Positions 47,097-57,032 of a stretch of DNA of 64,000 nucleotides are shown in pieces (position 1 is the stretch's first letter; each line of letters begins with the position of its first letter). Location: positions 64,001-128,000 of the forward strand of contig JBCCHT010000008.1 in the NCBI GenBank assembly GCA_039028615.1, written 5' to 3'. Source of the DNA: Myxococcota bacterium (lineage in GTDB: Bacteria > Myxococcota_A > Polyangia > Nannocystales > Nannocystaceae). A program made the translations under genes and the position numbers. Below the pieces are notes generated by a model that was not told where the DNA came from, ran no database searches, and saw only the letters and a program-made list of their open reading frames with translations.

Positions 47097-48485
47097 ATGA
47101 CGCGACGCATGCAATCACGCCTCGACCTCCGCCCGGGCTTCGGCCTGGGCCTGGTGCTGGCCGCCGGCCTCGCCCTGCCCGGGTGCCGAGACTTCGTCGA
47201 CTACAACTCCGGTCGCATCGACTTCGAGCCCGAGCGGCCCGAGCTCGAAGACAACCCCGAGGTCGAGCCCTATAGCGGCGACGATGCCATCGTGCTCACC
47301 GCCCAAGAGCGCTTCCCCACCGGGCTCGACGTCCATAAAAAGGTCATCTGGCGCACGTGCACGCCCAACGGCGGCGTGTGCCACAACCGCAAGGAGTACC
47401 CGGACCTCCGCACCCCGGCCAGCTTCGCCAGCGCCTTCTCGGCGCCGTGCAACGTGCAGCCGGGCGAGGCCGCGTCGGTCTTCGACGGCTGCGAGCGCCC
47501 CGGCGATCGCCTGCGCTTCGGCAACGACGGCGAGGAGATCGAGATCGGGTGGGTCGAGTTCGTCGGCGGCGACTGGCCGGGCCTGCAGGGCAACCAGATG
47601 GCCGAGCCCGACACCCCGGGCCTGCACATCCACCTCTCCACCCCGCTATCCGGCGACAACAACGGGTTCTTCGGCAACGCCAACTTCATCCGTTCCTTCG
47701 TCGACGGGCAGGGTGAGGTGCAAGCGAGCACCTACGAGCGCTTCGCCACCAACTGGTGGCGCGTGGGCGACAGCACGCACCTGGTCGGCCGGGTGCCCGA
47801 CTTCCAGATCCAAGAGGTCCAGAACCTGCTCGAGGTCGGCATCGTCATGGGCGACGCCAACCGCAACGGGGTCTACGGCGCCCAGCAGGGCCCCCCCGTC
47901 AGCATGCTCGAGCCCGGCGATCCCGTCGGCAGCTACCTCATCGGGCGCCTGCGGGGCGAGCTGCACGGCGAGTCCGTGCCCGGCTCCCGCATGCCGCTGG
48001 CCAACGCCCCGCTGTCCATCGACGAGATGCTCGCGTTGTTCTGCCTCGTCGAGGGCTTCCCCGAGGGCGGCGACGACTCCACCCTCACCGGGCCCATCGA
48101 CTACAACGCCTGCTCCTTCGCCGAGAACCCCGAGGACCTCAACCTCCTGGGCGACGGCGTCACCTGGGAGCGACGCATCAAGCTCATCCTCGAGTTCAAC
48201 TGCGGCGGCTGCCACAACGAGACGAGCCCCCAGGGCGGCCTCACCCTGCTGGGCGATGGCGTCTACGAGCGCCTGCTCGGGCCGAGCTCGCAGGTCCCCG
48301 ACATCCCCTTCATCACGCCGGGCGAGCCCGAGAACAGCTACCTGTATCTCAAGCTCATCGGCGACGATCGGGCGGTCGGGCTCCAGATGCCCTACAACCC
48401 GCTCACGGGCGAGGGGTCGCTGGGTACAGCCGAGCTGGCCGACATCGAGACCTGGATCGTCAACGGCGCCATCGAAGACGAGTAG
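47097..48485 (+). CDS. c-type cytochrome lipoprotein (CxxCH plus CX6CH)
   Basis: LPGC lipobox; CTPNGGVCH and CGGCH; paired PG[DE]PxxSYL..MP segments. Confidence 0.8.
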   Translation: MTRRMQSRLDLRPGFGLGLVLAAGLALPGCRDFVDYNSGRIDFEPERPELEDNPEVEPYSGDDAIVLTAQERFPTGLDVHKKVIWRTCTPNGGVCHNRKEYPDLRTPASFASAFSAPCNVQPGEAASVFDGCERPGDRLRFGNDGEEIEIGWVEFVGGDWPGLQGNQMAEPDTPGLHIHLSTPLSGDNNGFFGNANFIRSFVDGQGEVQASTYERFATNWWRVGDSTHLVGRVPDFQIQEVQNLLEVGIVMGDANRNGVYGAQQGPPVSMLEPGDPVGSYLIGRLRGELHGESVPGSRMPLANAPLSIDEMLALFCLVEGFPEGGDDSTLTGPIDYNACSFAENPEDLNLLGDGVTWERRIKLILEFNCGGCHNETSPQGGLTLLGDGVYERLLGPSSQVPDIPFITPGEPENSYLYLKLIGDDRAVGLQMPYNPLTGEGSLGTAELADIETWIVNGAIEDE

Positions 48486-48572
48486 GCCCGACACCCACGT
48501 CGTGAGCTGACGCGCCCGCCCCCGCCGGACGGGTGCGGTGATCGTTTCGGCCGACGGGGGCACTACCCAGGC

Positions 48573-49058
48573 ATGAAGCTTGGACTCTTCGGTCTCTTGG
48601 CCACCACGGCGGTTCTCAGCACGGGCTGCGAGCCCTACGCCTGCACCCTCATCGGGTGCGACTCCACCCTCATCGTCAACGTGGCCGGACCCGGCGGCGC
48701 CGACCTGGCCGACGGCACCTTCGAGGTGGCCTTCGATCTCGACGGCGAGACCTACGGCACCACCTGCGCCTACGGGCCCGACAACGAGTTCTCCTGCGAG
48801 GAGGTCGAGGGCGAAGGACGCTTCGACGTCTGGACGAGCACCCGCGGCGGCACCTTCGATCTTCAGGTCTACTCGACCAGCGAAGAGGCGCCCACGACCT
48901 ACGACATCGAGATCTTCTCCGGCGACGCGCTGGTCCTCGAGCACAGCGCCACGCCCGACTACGAGGTCAGCGAGCCCAACGGTGAGGGCTGCGGCACCTG
49001 TCAGTTCGCGCGCGAGGAGCTGACCATCGACCTCACGCCGGAACACGAAGAGGACTGA
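48573..49058 (+). CDS. lipoprotein of unknown function
   Basis: STGC lipobox; CTLIGC and PNGEGCGTC. Confidence 0.8.
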   Translation: MKLGLFGLLATTAVLSTGCEPYACTLIGCDSTLIVNVAGPGGADLADGTFEVAFDLDGETYGTTCAYGPDNEFSCEEVEGEGRFDVWTSTRGGTFDLQVYSTSEEAPTTYDIEIFSGDALVLEHSATPDYEVSEPNGEGCGTCQFAREELTIDLTPEHEED

Positions 49059-49076
49059 CGCCGTCGGTCACGAACG

Positions 49077-49113
49077 AAAAGGGGCTCCGCGATGCGTCGC
49101 GCGAGCCCCTTTT
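49077..49113. terminator. bidirectional intrinsic terminator
   Basis: AAAAGGGGCTC..GAGCCCCTTTT between convergent genes. Confidence 0.8.
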
Positions 49114-49118
49114 GCGTC

Positions 49119-49820
49119 TCAGCCGAACACGTCGCGGCACACGTCGGCGAGGCGACTGGTCGGGAACTCGGCCTGCGTGTGGCCGTAGCCCGACATCACC
49201 GTCAACGATGCCTGGGGGAAGGTGCGCAGCGCGGTCACCGAAAGCTCCACGGGCACGTTGGCGTCCGCGTCACCGTGGACCAGGCGCACCGGGATCTTCA
49301 CCCCCTGCATCTGGGTCGCCAAAATCGGCGGGTTCGTGCCCATGTCCACCGTCAGCCCGATCACGTCCTCGAGCACGTCCTTCCACGGGCGCCCGGTCTG
49401 GCGCTGCTTCAGCGCGGTGACCATGGCCGGGAGCTTCTGCTCGATGGTCGAGGGATCGAGCGGCGCGATCTCGTCGGAGGCGATCTGTGGGTCGTAGATC
49501 CAGCGCGTGGCCAGGGTGCACAGGCGTGCGACTCGATCGGCGTGGTGGATGGCCAGGTAGCCCCCGATCATCCCGCCGAGGCTGTAGCCGAAGATGTTGC
49601 CCGCCTCGATCCCGTTGGCGTCCATGACGTCGAGCACGTCCTTGGCGAAGCCGGGAAAGTTGAAGGCGCCGTCGCGCTTGGGCCTCGCGCCGTATCCGTT
49701 GAGGTCGAAGGTCAGGCAGTCGAAGTCATCGGCCAGCGCGTCCGCCAGCGGCTGCATGGTCTGGGCATTGCTGAGCCCGCCGTGCACGAGCACGAGCTTG
49801 GATTTCGCCTTGGTGTTCAT
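49119..49820 (-). CDS. alpha/beta hydrolase
   Basis: LVHG, DLNGYG, GYSLGG nucleophile elbow, HGDAD, GYGH; ATGA-coupled. Confidence 0.92.
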   Translation of the reverse strand: MNTKAKSKLVLVHGGLSNAQTMQPLADALADDFDCLTFDLNGYGARPKRDGAFNFPGFAKDVLDVMDANGIEAGNIFGYSLGGMIGGYLAIHHADRVARLCTLATRWIYDPQIASDEIAPLDPSTIEQKLPAMVTALKQRQTGRPWKDVLEDVIGLTVDMGTNPPILATQMQGVKIPVRLVHGDADANVPVELSVTALRTFPQASLTVMSGYGHTQAEFPTSRLADVCRDVFG

Positions 49821-50623
49821 GTCGCGTCCCCTTGGGTCATCGCCCCGAATCGGAAGAGTTTGAGCGCCGTGCCGCCCAGCACCCACTGGCGCTGCTGCTC
49901 GTCGAGCCCCGGGTACTCGGCCACGCCCTTCAGCACGTTGTGGTAGCCCTCGCGGCCGCTGCTCACGGGAGAGTCGCTGCCCCACACCATGCGCTCCGCC
50001 CCGAACGCGTCCCGGGCCATCTCGATGTACGGCGGAGGCGTGGGCGGCTCGTAGTGCTCACCGAGGGTCGCGGGCCGAGCCGCGATCTCCCCCAGCCCAC
50101 CGACCTTGATGTACGTGTTCGGGTACTCGGCGAGCTTCATCGCCTGCTTGAAGTCGTCGTAGGGCGGCGTGCCCGTCTGCCCGATCCCCGCGAGGTGCTC
50201 GATGAACACGGGCGCCTTGGGGACCGCCTTCACGCCCTCGGCGAAGGCCGGATCGAGGAAGTCCTTCAGCTGCCCCACGCAGCTGATGACCAGCCCCAGC
50301 GATTCGGCCTTTCGCCACATCGCGAGCGGGTCGTCGCCCGCCATCCGAGCCGTAGCCACGAAGCGCACCCCCACCGCCCCCTGCCCCGCGAGCTGCTCGA
50401 GCGTGTCGGGGGCCTTGTCGTCGGTGAGATCGACCATCACCACCGCACGAAGTCGATCGGGATGTCGGCGTGCGCACTCGAGGATGTAGTCGTTGTAGTA
50501 CATCCCGAGGAACTGATGCAGCACCGCATGCTGCACCCCGCTGCCGTCCATATGGTTGAGCAGGACCTCGACCGGTTCGAACCAGCTTTGTCCCGCATGG
50601 CAATGCATGTCGACCACCACCAT
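49817..50623 (-). CDS. amidohydrolase family protein (Amidohydro_2-like)
   Basis: DMHCH, IEHLA, FGAERMVWGSDSP. Confidence 0.9.
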   Translation of the reverse strand: MVVVDMHCHAGQSWFEPVEVLLNHMDGSGVQHAVLHQFLGMYYNDYILECARRHPDRLRAVVMVDLTDDKAPDTLEQLAGQGAVGVRFVATARMAGDDPLAMWRKAESLGLVISCVGQLKDFLDPAFAEGVKAVPKAPVFIEHLAGIGQTGTPPYDDFKQAMKLAEYPNTYIKVGGLGEIAARPATLGEHYEPPTPPPYIEMARDAFGAERMVWGSDSPVSSGREGYHNVLKGVAEYPGLDEQQRQWVLGGTALKLFRFGAMTQGDAT

Positions 50624-50807
50624 CGTGCGTTCACCTTAGATCGACGCGCGGTTCGAATGTGCACACGACCCAAATTGAACACTTCACTCGATTGTGGCGA
50701 TGAACAACGAACCGAAGGAACGAACGTAGTTTGCTCGAATTCGGTGAAATCAGACGAAAGAGACGCTCTTCGGCGACGTCCCCTACCGTCACGCGAGGGA
50801 GCCTCAC

Positions 50808-52220
50808 ATGACCGCCGCACCGTCGTACTCGTACCAATGCCCCAAGGAATTCATGGCCCTGTTCCTCGACTTCACGGGACGTGCCCCCAGCGGGTACCCG
50901 GGAGGGACCTTGAGCAAGCCGATCGGCAGCATGCTGACGCAGATCATCTCGGGTTCGGAGACCGAGACCGTGCTGATCGTGGGCACCAACTCTCATGTCG
51001 TGGCCTACGACGCCAAGCCCGATGCGCAGGACGGACACGCCCGCCGCCTGCTCACCGACTACCGCACGAGCATCTACAACGGCTTCTACGAGATCACCGC
51101 GATCTCGCATATCGGCCCCGCGCTCATGTACCTGTCGCAGATCAAGGCCAAGCAACCCGACACCTCGCTCGCCACCGAGATTTCCGCCCTGCACGACCAC
51201 ATCACCGCCGCCCAAGCGCTGAACGACAAGCCCCTCGACGACCAGCACTGGCTGATGCAGCTCAATGCCTCGCTGAAGGCGGCGGGGGACCCCGTGACCT
51301 GGCAGGGTAAGGACTCGGCCGGGGTCGACATCCCCACCCAGATCCGCGACCTCGTGCGCTACGGCTGTGCGCTCGCGCTGGCCTATATCGCGTGGGTCCA
51401 GGAAGACGAGTCGCGCCTCGCCGACATGGACTCGCTCAACTCTCGCTTCCTCAAGGCCACCGACACCACCGCCAACATCGGCTACGACAGCGTGATGGTG
51501 GGGACCTTCGTGCTCGACGGTCTGGCCTCGACCGTCGCGGTGAGCGAGGCACTGTCCGTGCTGTCCGCGGACGACTGGACGCACGCCAAGATCGTGCTGC
51601 AGAACCTCCCGGGGGCGACCGATGCCAGCGGGCTCAACCGCGGCAACCTCTCGGCTGGCCTCAACCCCTACACCAACTGGTTCCACCCGCTCTTCGTGGC
51701 GCTTGCGGGCAAAGCCGGGGCCGATCCGACGACGGTCGCTTCGCGGATCGTCATCGCCCCCTACGCCACGCTGATGAACGACACGCCCGACACCTTGAGC
51801 AAGGATCTGTGGGCCTACTACTCGGGGGCGGCGTGGGGGCAGCTTTACTACTCGGGGCTGGTCGCGGCCGCCTCGATGCCCGACGCGGTCATGTCGATGG
51901 CGTTCCCCGACAGCTACACGGTGACCAAGCAGGGCGTGGCCACCATCGACGACCTGTCGTCCAAAGATCCCACGCTCGTCACCGGGGCCGACGCCCACTG
52001 GCCGGGGGACTACTTCGCCGATTCGCCTCCGCACTACGGCGGCACCGTCGATGCGTTCATGGCCCGCATGAAGCACTCGTTTTCCCAGTCGACCGAGATG
52101 CTCTCCAACGCGGTGGCCTACTGGGCCGGCCCCGCCTACGTCGCCAACGGTGGGGTCGATGGCCTGTACCTGCCGGGCCTGACCGGAATCGACTACGCCA
52201 ACGCCAGCCTGCCCTCGTAG
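50808..52220 (+). CDS. hypothetical protein, DUF5624-like
   Basis: LFLDFTG, GFYEITAISHIGPA, AFMARMK..EMLSN resemble DUF5624 as recalled. Confidence 0.65.
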   Translation: MTAAPSYSYQCPKEFMALFLDFTGRAPSGYPGGTLSKPIGSMLTQIISGSETETVLIVGTNSHVVAYDAKPDAQDGHARRLLTDYRTSIYNGFYEITAISHIGPALMYLSQIKAKQPDTSLATEISALHDHITAAQALNDKPLDDQHWLMQLNASLKAAGDPVTWQGKDSAGVDIPTQIRDLVRYGCALALAYIAWVQEDESRLADMDSLNSRFLKATDTTANIGYDSVMVGTFVLDGLASTVAVSEALSVLSADDWTHAKIVLQNLPGATDASGLNRGNLSAGLNPYTNWFHPLFVALAGKAGADPTTVASRIVIAPYATLMNDTPDTLSKDLWAYYSGAAWGQLYYSGLVAAASMPDAVMSMAFPDSYTVTKQGVATIDDLSSKDPTLVTGADAHWPGDYFADSPPHYGGTVDAFMARMKHSFSQSTEMLSNAVAYWAGPAYVANGGVDGLYLPGLTGIDYANASLPS

Positions 52221-52223
52221 CGC

Positions 52224-52961
52224 TCAGCTCTCGGCCGGAGGCTCGATGAACCCGAGCAGGGCGCCAAAAGGATCCGAGACGATGGCGAGCCGACCAATGC
52301 CCTCGATGGTGGTCGGCTCGCTGACCATCGTCGCGCCGCGTTGCCGGGCCCGGTCCACCGCCGCGTCGCAGTCCCCGAGCCTGACGTAGGGCAACCATTG
52401 CGGCGGCAGCGTAGCCTCGGGTGAAGTCATCACTCCGCCTTGCCCCCCGCGTGCGTTCTTCAGCACGTAGTAGGCCCCCGACGGCATCTGCATGGGCTGG
52501 ACCTCGAAGCCGAAGGCTCGCTGATAGAAGGGCAGCACCTGCTCCGCGTCGCGGGCCCATAGCTCGTTCCAGTGAAAATCGGTGCTGCCACCCTGCTCGT
52601 CGAGCCCACGAAAGAGGTTGAAGCGCGCCCCCTGGGGATCGGCGACGAGGGCAAAGCGTCCCACGCCCGAGATGTCGACCGGCCCGAGCAAGACTCGCCC
52701 GCCCGCGGCTTCGACCCCGGCTGCCCGCGCATCGACGTCGTCGACCCACAAGTACGAGCTCCAGTGGCCGGGCCCTTCGTCGCGCGGAGACACGATTCCT
52801 GCCTGCGGTGCTCCGCTCGCCTCGAGCATGGGATAGCCCACCCCACCGACGTCGATCCGGGTCGCCGTCCACCCCAGGGTCTGCGTATGGAAGGTCCGGG
52901 CGGCCTCGGGCTCGGCGCAAACCAACTCGAACCAGGTGAAGGTGCCGTGCAAGCTGCTCAT
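52224..52961 (-). CDS. VOC/glyoxalase-family protein, two domains
   Basis: FTWFEL..VDDVD..DPQGARF and FHWNEL..DPFGALLG. Confidence 0.9.
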   Translation of the reverse strand: MSSLHGTFTWFELVCAEPEAARTFHTQTLGWTATRIDVGGVGYPMLEASGAPQAGIVSPRDEGPGHWSSYLWVDDVDARAAGVEAAGGRVLLGPVDISGVGRFALVADPQGARFNLFRGLDEQGGSTDFHWNELWARDAEQVLPFYQRAFGFEVQPMQMPSGAYYVLKNARGGQGGVMTSPEATLPPQWLPYVRLGDCDAAVDRARQRGATMVSEPTTIEGIGRLAIVSDPFGALLGFIEPPAES

Positions 52962-53095
52962 CGTCCTCGCCTTCACGACGGATGAGTCGAGCCGTTATCG
53001 ACATCGTGCTCGTTTTTTTTCAATCGGTCCCTTTGGCGAGTCGCCGTGGCGCAACGCTGTAAGTCGGGCGGTGTGAACGGCATTGGCACCAGCAA

Positions 53096-53851
53096 ATGCA
53101 CCGTGGATTCGTTCCCCCGCGTATTCCTTTCCTCTTTGTGCTCGCCCTGCCCCTGGTCACCGGGTGCCCCGACGACTCGCCACCACCCGCGGGAAGCGGG
53201 GAAGGTTCGACTTCGGCCGCAGGCGGCACCACTGGCCTCTCCGAGTCCCCGCAGACGACCGCCGGGTCGAGCAGTTCCGGGAATGCAGAGGGCAGCGGCA
53301 CCACGCAAGCAACCCTCGACGGTGGCAGCTCGGACGACACCACGGGCACACCTGGCACGATCTGCGAATCGACCTGCGAAAACTTGGCGAAGTGCAAGGA
53401 CGCCCCGTTCGCAGGGTGTGTGTTGGAGTGTGAGGAGTACTTCGAGCAAATCGCCGGGTTCGAGGACTGCGAGCAGGCGGCGTTGGACCTGTACGCGTGC
53501 TTCGGACAGGCCGAATGCGACGAGATCTACGGCGGGTGCCAACCGGAAATCGACGCGGAGTTTCTCGCCTGCGAAGAAGGCCTCGGCTGCACACAGTTCG
53601 TGAGCGGAGCCAACGACGGCAGCAACTGCCTCATCGAGCAGACCTGCGGCGACGGTCTCGAGCGATACCTCGAGTGCGAGGCGGGCACCTGCACCTGCTT
53701 CGACCAAGGGATGGACGTCGGCACCTGCCCGCAACAAGAGCTTTGCCTCGACCTCGCCGACGCGCAGTTCCCCGAGAGCCAGGCGCTGGTCGACGACTTC
53801 TTGATGGAGTGTTGTGGCTGGAAGCCACCCGTAGCCCCGATCGACCAGTGA
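53096..53851 (+). CDS. Cys-rich lipoprotein
   Basis: LVTGC lipobox, Ser/Thr/Gly linker, many Cys. Confidence 0.8.
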   Translation: MHRGFVPPRIPFLFVLALPLVTGCPDDSPPPAGSGEGSTSAAGGTTGLSESPQTTAGSSSSGNAEGSGTTQATLDGGSSDDTTGTPGTICESTCENLAKCKDAPFAGCVLECEEYFEQIAGFEDCEQAALDLYACFGQAECDEIYGGCQPEIDAEFLACEEGLGCTQFVSGANDGSNCLIEQTCGDGLERYLECEAGTCTCFDQGMDVGTCPQQELCLDLADAQFPESQALVDDFLMECCGWKPPVAPIDQ

Positions 53852-54158
53852 GACCCGGCTCCAGGTGTGCTCGGCCTCTCGTTCGCGCAGCGCGCGGCTT
53901 GCCGAGCCACCGCCCTGCCCCTAAGCTTCAGTTCGTCGGAGCCGCGGGGCGCCTGTGTTACCGCCCGACTCGTTTTCTCGACTCTCACGGTTTTTCGCAC
54001 GAGCCCACGCTTGTCGGACGCGACCATGAACGGTTGGACTTCGAGTCGGCGCACGCCCACCTCGCGTGGTGCGCACGGCCGACACTGCCTGCCTCTGCAT
54101 CCCCGATGCAGCCCTCGCGACCGCTGAGCGCTCGTGCGTTGGCCTACGAAGCCTCCGC

Positions 54159-54944
54159 ATGAATTCACGAGCGCCTCTTTCCCTTCTCGCCCTCCTGTCT
54201 CTCGCCGCCTGTCGCATCGACGCGGGCAACGTCGAGCCCACCAGCGGCAGCGCCGATAGCGGTACCGCGGGCACCACCGACGACGCCGCGACGGATGCCA
54301 CCGAACCCCCGGGCCCCGGCTCCAGCGAGGGCGGCGTCCAGACCTCCGACGGCAGCACCAGCACCGACCCCGACTCGGGCAGCAGCGGCGAGCCGCCTCC
54401 CGCCCCGCTCGAGTGCGAGGGCTACGACGAAGCCGACTACCCCGAAGAACCGGTCACGTTCACCATCGAGGGCGATCGGGCGATCATGGCCGGCTTCGTC
54501 GATGGCTCCACCCCCGGCCGCGTGCAGGACCTGCTCAGCGACCACCCCAACGTCCACACCATCATCATGCCCTTCGTGCCGGGCTCCGCCGACGACGAGT
54601 CCAACCTCGAGGCGGCGCTGGCGATCCACGCCGCGGGCCTGGACACCTGCGTTCCGAGCACGGGCCTCATCGCCTCGGGCGGCGTCGACTTCTTCCTCGC
54701 GGGAGCCCGGCGCTCGGCGGCCGAAGGGGCCCTGCTCGGCGTACATTCGTGGGCGGATGGCAACGGGACCGAGGGCGGCGACCTGCCCATGGACCACCCG
54801 GATCACCAGTTCTTCCTCGACTACTACGAGGAGATCGAGATCCCGGCCGAGTTCTACTGGTTCACGCTCGAAGCAGCTCCGGCCGCCGACATCCACTGGA
54901 TGACGGCGAAGGAGATGGCGACCTACTCCGTGCTCACGAAGTAG
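54159..54944 (+). CDS. lipoprotein with ClpP/crotonase-like domain
   Basis: LAAC lipobox; IASGGVDFFLAG..LGVHSW. Confidence 0.75.
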   Translation: MNSRAPLSLLALLSLAACRIDAGNVEPTSGSADSGTAGTTDDAATDATEPPGPGSSEGGVQTSDGSTSTDPDSGSSGEPPPAPLECEGYDEADYPEEPVTFTIEGDRAIMAGFVDGSTPGRVQDLLSDHPNVHTIIMPFVPGSADDESNLEAALAIHAAGLDTCVPSTGLIASGGVDFFLAGARRSAAEGALLGVHSWADGNGTEGGDLPMDHPDHQFFLDYYEEIEIPAEFYWFTLEAAPAADIHWMTAKEMATYSVLTK

Positions 54945-56199
54945 CGCCCGAGCCATTCGCCCCGCCGGCCGGCGGCGTCTCGTCGTCGCTGGCTGCCGAC
55001 TTGCTCGGGCCCTTCGTCGCCACGAAGGTTCCAGAGCTCACGGTCATCAGCGAGAGCATGGTCGCGCTGAACTCGGGCATCGCCAGCTCGGTGTAGGTCG
55101 TCCAGATGAACACACCGCCCAGGATGATCGTCCAGGCGAACATCTGGATGCGGCCGAGGCTCGGACCGTTCGCGTCGTAGAGGATGTCGTGAAAGAAGCC
55201 GCGGGTCACGTCGCGTAGCCGGGGCACGGCCGCGAGCTTGCGACGCACGCGTTCGAGTTCGCCTTCCTTGATCGCCCGACTCACCCCCACCGCGGACGAG
55301 CTCCCGTCGGTGTTCTCCGTGGTGGTGAGCGCGGCGATCTCGGTCTCGAGGTTGGCTTGCGCTTTCCCGAGATCGTCTCGGTCGCGATTTCTGGCATCCC
55401 GGCGGCTGTTGTCGAGCAAGTTCGACCCGAGGCTGGTGCCGGAGCTGACGGCCAACACCGCCAGGATTTTCTCGTTCAACGAGTTGTACTCGCCGAGCAT
55501 GGTCCACAAGAACACATAGGCCACGCTGACGATGTACAGCCAAAAAGCCATTTGGAAGCGGGAGAGACTATAGGGTCGCCGCTTCTGTGGGTCCTGAGAC
55601 GAACGCCCGTCGTTCCCGGGCTCCGCTGGATCGGCCGGGTCCAGCAACAAGCCGGTCTTTTTGATCGCGTACGCGAACAGCCCGGTGATGAAGACCCAGA
55701 ACGCGAGGAAGAGGAACCACTCGGTGCGGGGCAAGATCACCAGATCGAGCCTGACCCCCAGCAGTACGACTTCGCTCTTGCCGGTACCGAGCCCGACCGA
55801 GACGTTCCGCGATCGCGACGTCGGGCTACCCAGCAGCCCTTGCCACTGTTTCGCGTCGTTCTCGCCCCGCTCGAGCCTGAAATTGACGAGGCCGGTCTCC
55901 CGGTTGCACGACAGCGGCTTCACCCCAGACAACGGGAAGTGCTCGAGGACCAGCACGATCTTGCTGCAGTCGTCGTCGGCCCCGACGAGCGCCTTGCCGA
56001 GCGCCGTCTTCGCTCGAATCGAGACCACATCGCCCATCTTGGCCGCCTTCGGCGAGATTTGTTCCGTGGGCTCTTCGTCCGAGGGCGCATCGGCCGGCTC
56101 GGCGAATGCCGTGGTGCTCGGCCACCCGAGGGTGACCGCGGCCAGGACGATCAGCCAACCGAGGAGCATGCGGGGACGATGAAGCTTCGAGCGCGCCAT
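54934..56199 (-). CDS. membrane protein with duplicated SLxRxQ helical-hairpin module
   Basis: YSLSRFQMAFW and PSLGRIQMFAW, each followed by two TM segments. Confidence 0.75.
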   Translation of the reverse strand: MARSKLHRPRMLLGWLIVLAAVTLGWPSTTAFAEPADAPSDEEPTEQISPKAAKMGDVVSIRAKTALGKALVGADDDCSKIVLVLEHFPLSGVKPLSCNRETGLVNFRLERGENDAKQWQGLLGSPTSRSRNVSVGLGTGKSEVVLLGVRLDLVILPRTEWFLFLAFWVFITGLFAYAIKKTGLLLDPADPAEPGNDGRSSQDPQKRRPYSLSRFQMAFWLYIVSVAYVFLWTMLGEYNSLNEKILAVLAVSSGTSLGSNLLDNSRRDARNRDRDDLGKAQANLETEIAALTTTENTDGSSSAVGVSRAIKEGELERVRRKLAAVPRLRDVTRGFFHDILYDANGPSLGRIQMFAWTIILGGVFIWTTYTELAMPEFSATMLSLMTVSSGTFVATKGPSKSAASDDETPPAGGANGSGATS

Positions 56200-56391
56200 A
56201 CCAGAGCCGACGCGATGCACGATCGCGTCGACACGAGCATACGCCGATCGCCGATGAACCAACTACACGCCGCGCGGCTTCGATCGCGCCAATTCGAGTC
56301 CAAACGAGCGCTCCACCGGCTGCTTTCGCGCCTGCCTGCCGACTCCGTTCCGTAACGGGGCAACGCCCCGCTCATCGAGACCGTCGATGCT

Positions 56392-57027
56392 TCAGCGTCG
56401 CGCGCCCGGACCGAAGCGCTGCAGCAAGTCGCGCAGGATCCCCTCGGCCCAGCGCAGGCGAACGGCCTCGATCTCCGGGCTCTGCTGCACGGCCACGGTG
56501 ACCGCCTCCGAGTCGAACATGTGAAGCAGTGACAGCACGGTGGTGCCCACCTCCAGGCGGTCGGCCTCGGCGACATCGAACATCTGGTTCACGACGTCGA
56601 TGATCGAGGTCTCCAAGCGGAGCACTGCCCCTTCGGCCGCGACCCCGAGATCGGGGTGCGTGCGCGCGGCGGCGATGACCTCTCGCCACGCGGCCTGCAG
56701 CTCGGAGCGACTCAGCGCCCGCATCAAGGCCACGATGCGACCGAGCTGCCCGTCGATGTTGTCGGGGGAGACGCTCAGGGCGAACTGCCGAAAGGTGTCC
56801 ACGTTGCGCTGGCCGATGACGTCGACGGTCGCGACCAACAGCTCGATGCGGGTGTCGAAGTGCCGAAACAAGGCACCTTGGCTGAGGCCGGCGCGATCGC
56901 AGATCGCCTTGACCCCCGCCCCCGCGTAGCCGGACTCGGCCAGCACGTCGATGCAGGCGTTGATGAGGCGCTCGATGGTCGCGGCGCGGCGCTGCGCCTG
57001 CGTGCGTCGAGGAGTGGCGACGGGCAT
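56392..57027 (-). CDS. TetR-family transcriptional regulator
   Basis: RRTQAQRR..ICDRAGLSQGALFRHF. Confidence 0.92.
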   Translation of the reverse strand: MPVATPRRTQAQRRAATIERLINACIDVLAESGYAGAGVKAICDRAGLSQGALFRHFDTRIELLVATVDVIGQRNVDTFRQFALSVSPDNIDGQLGRIVALMRALSRSELQAAWREVIAAARTHPDLGVAAEGAVLRLETSIIDVVNQMFDVAEADRLEVGTTVLSLLHMFDSEAVTVAVQQSPEIEAVRLRWAEGILRDLLQRFGPGARR

Positions 57028-57032
57028 GGGGC

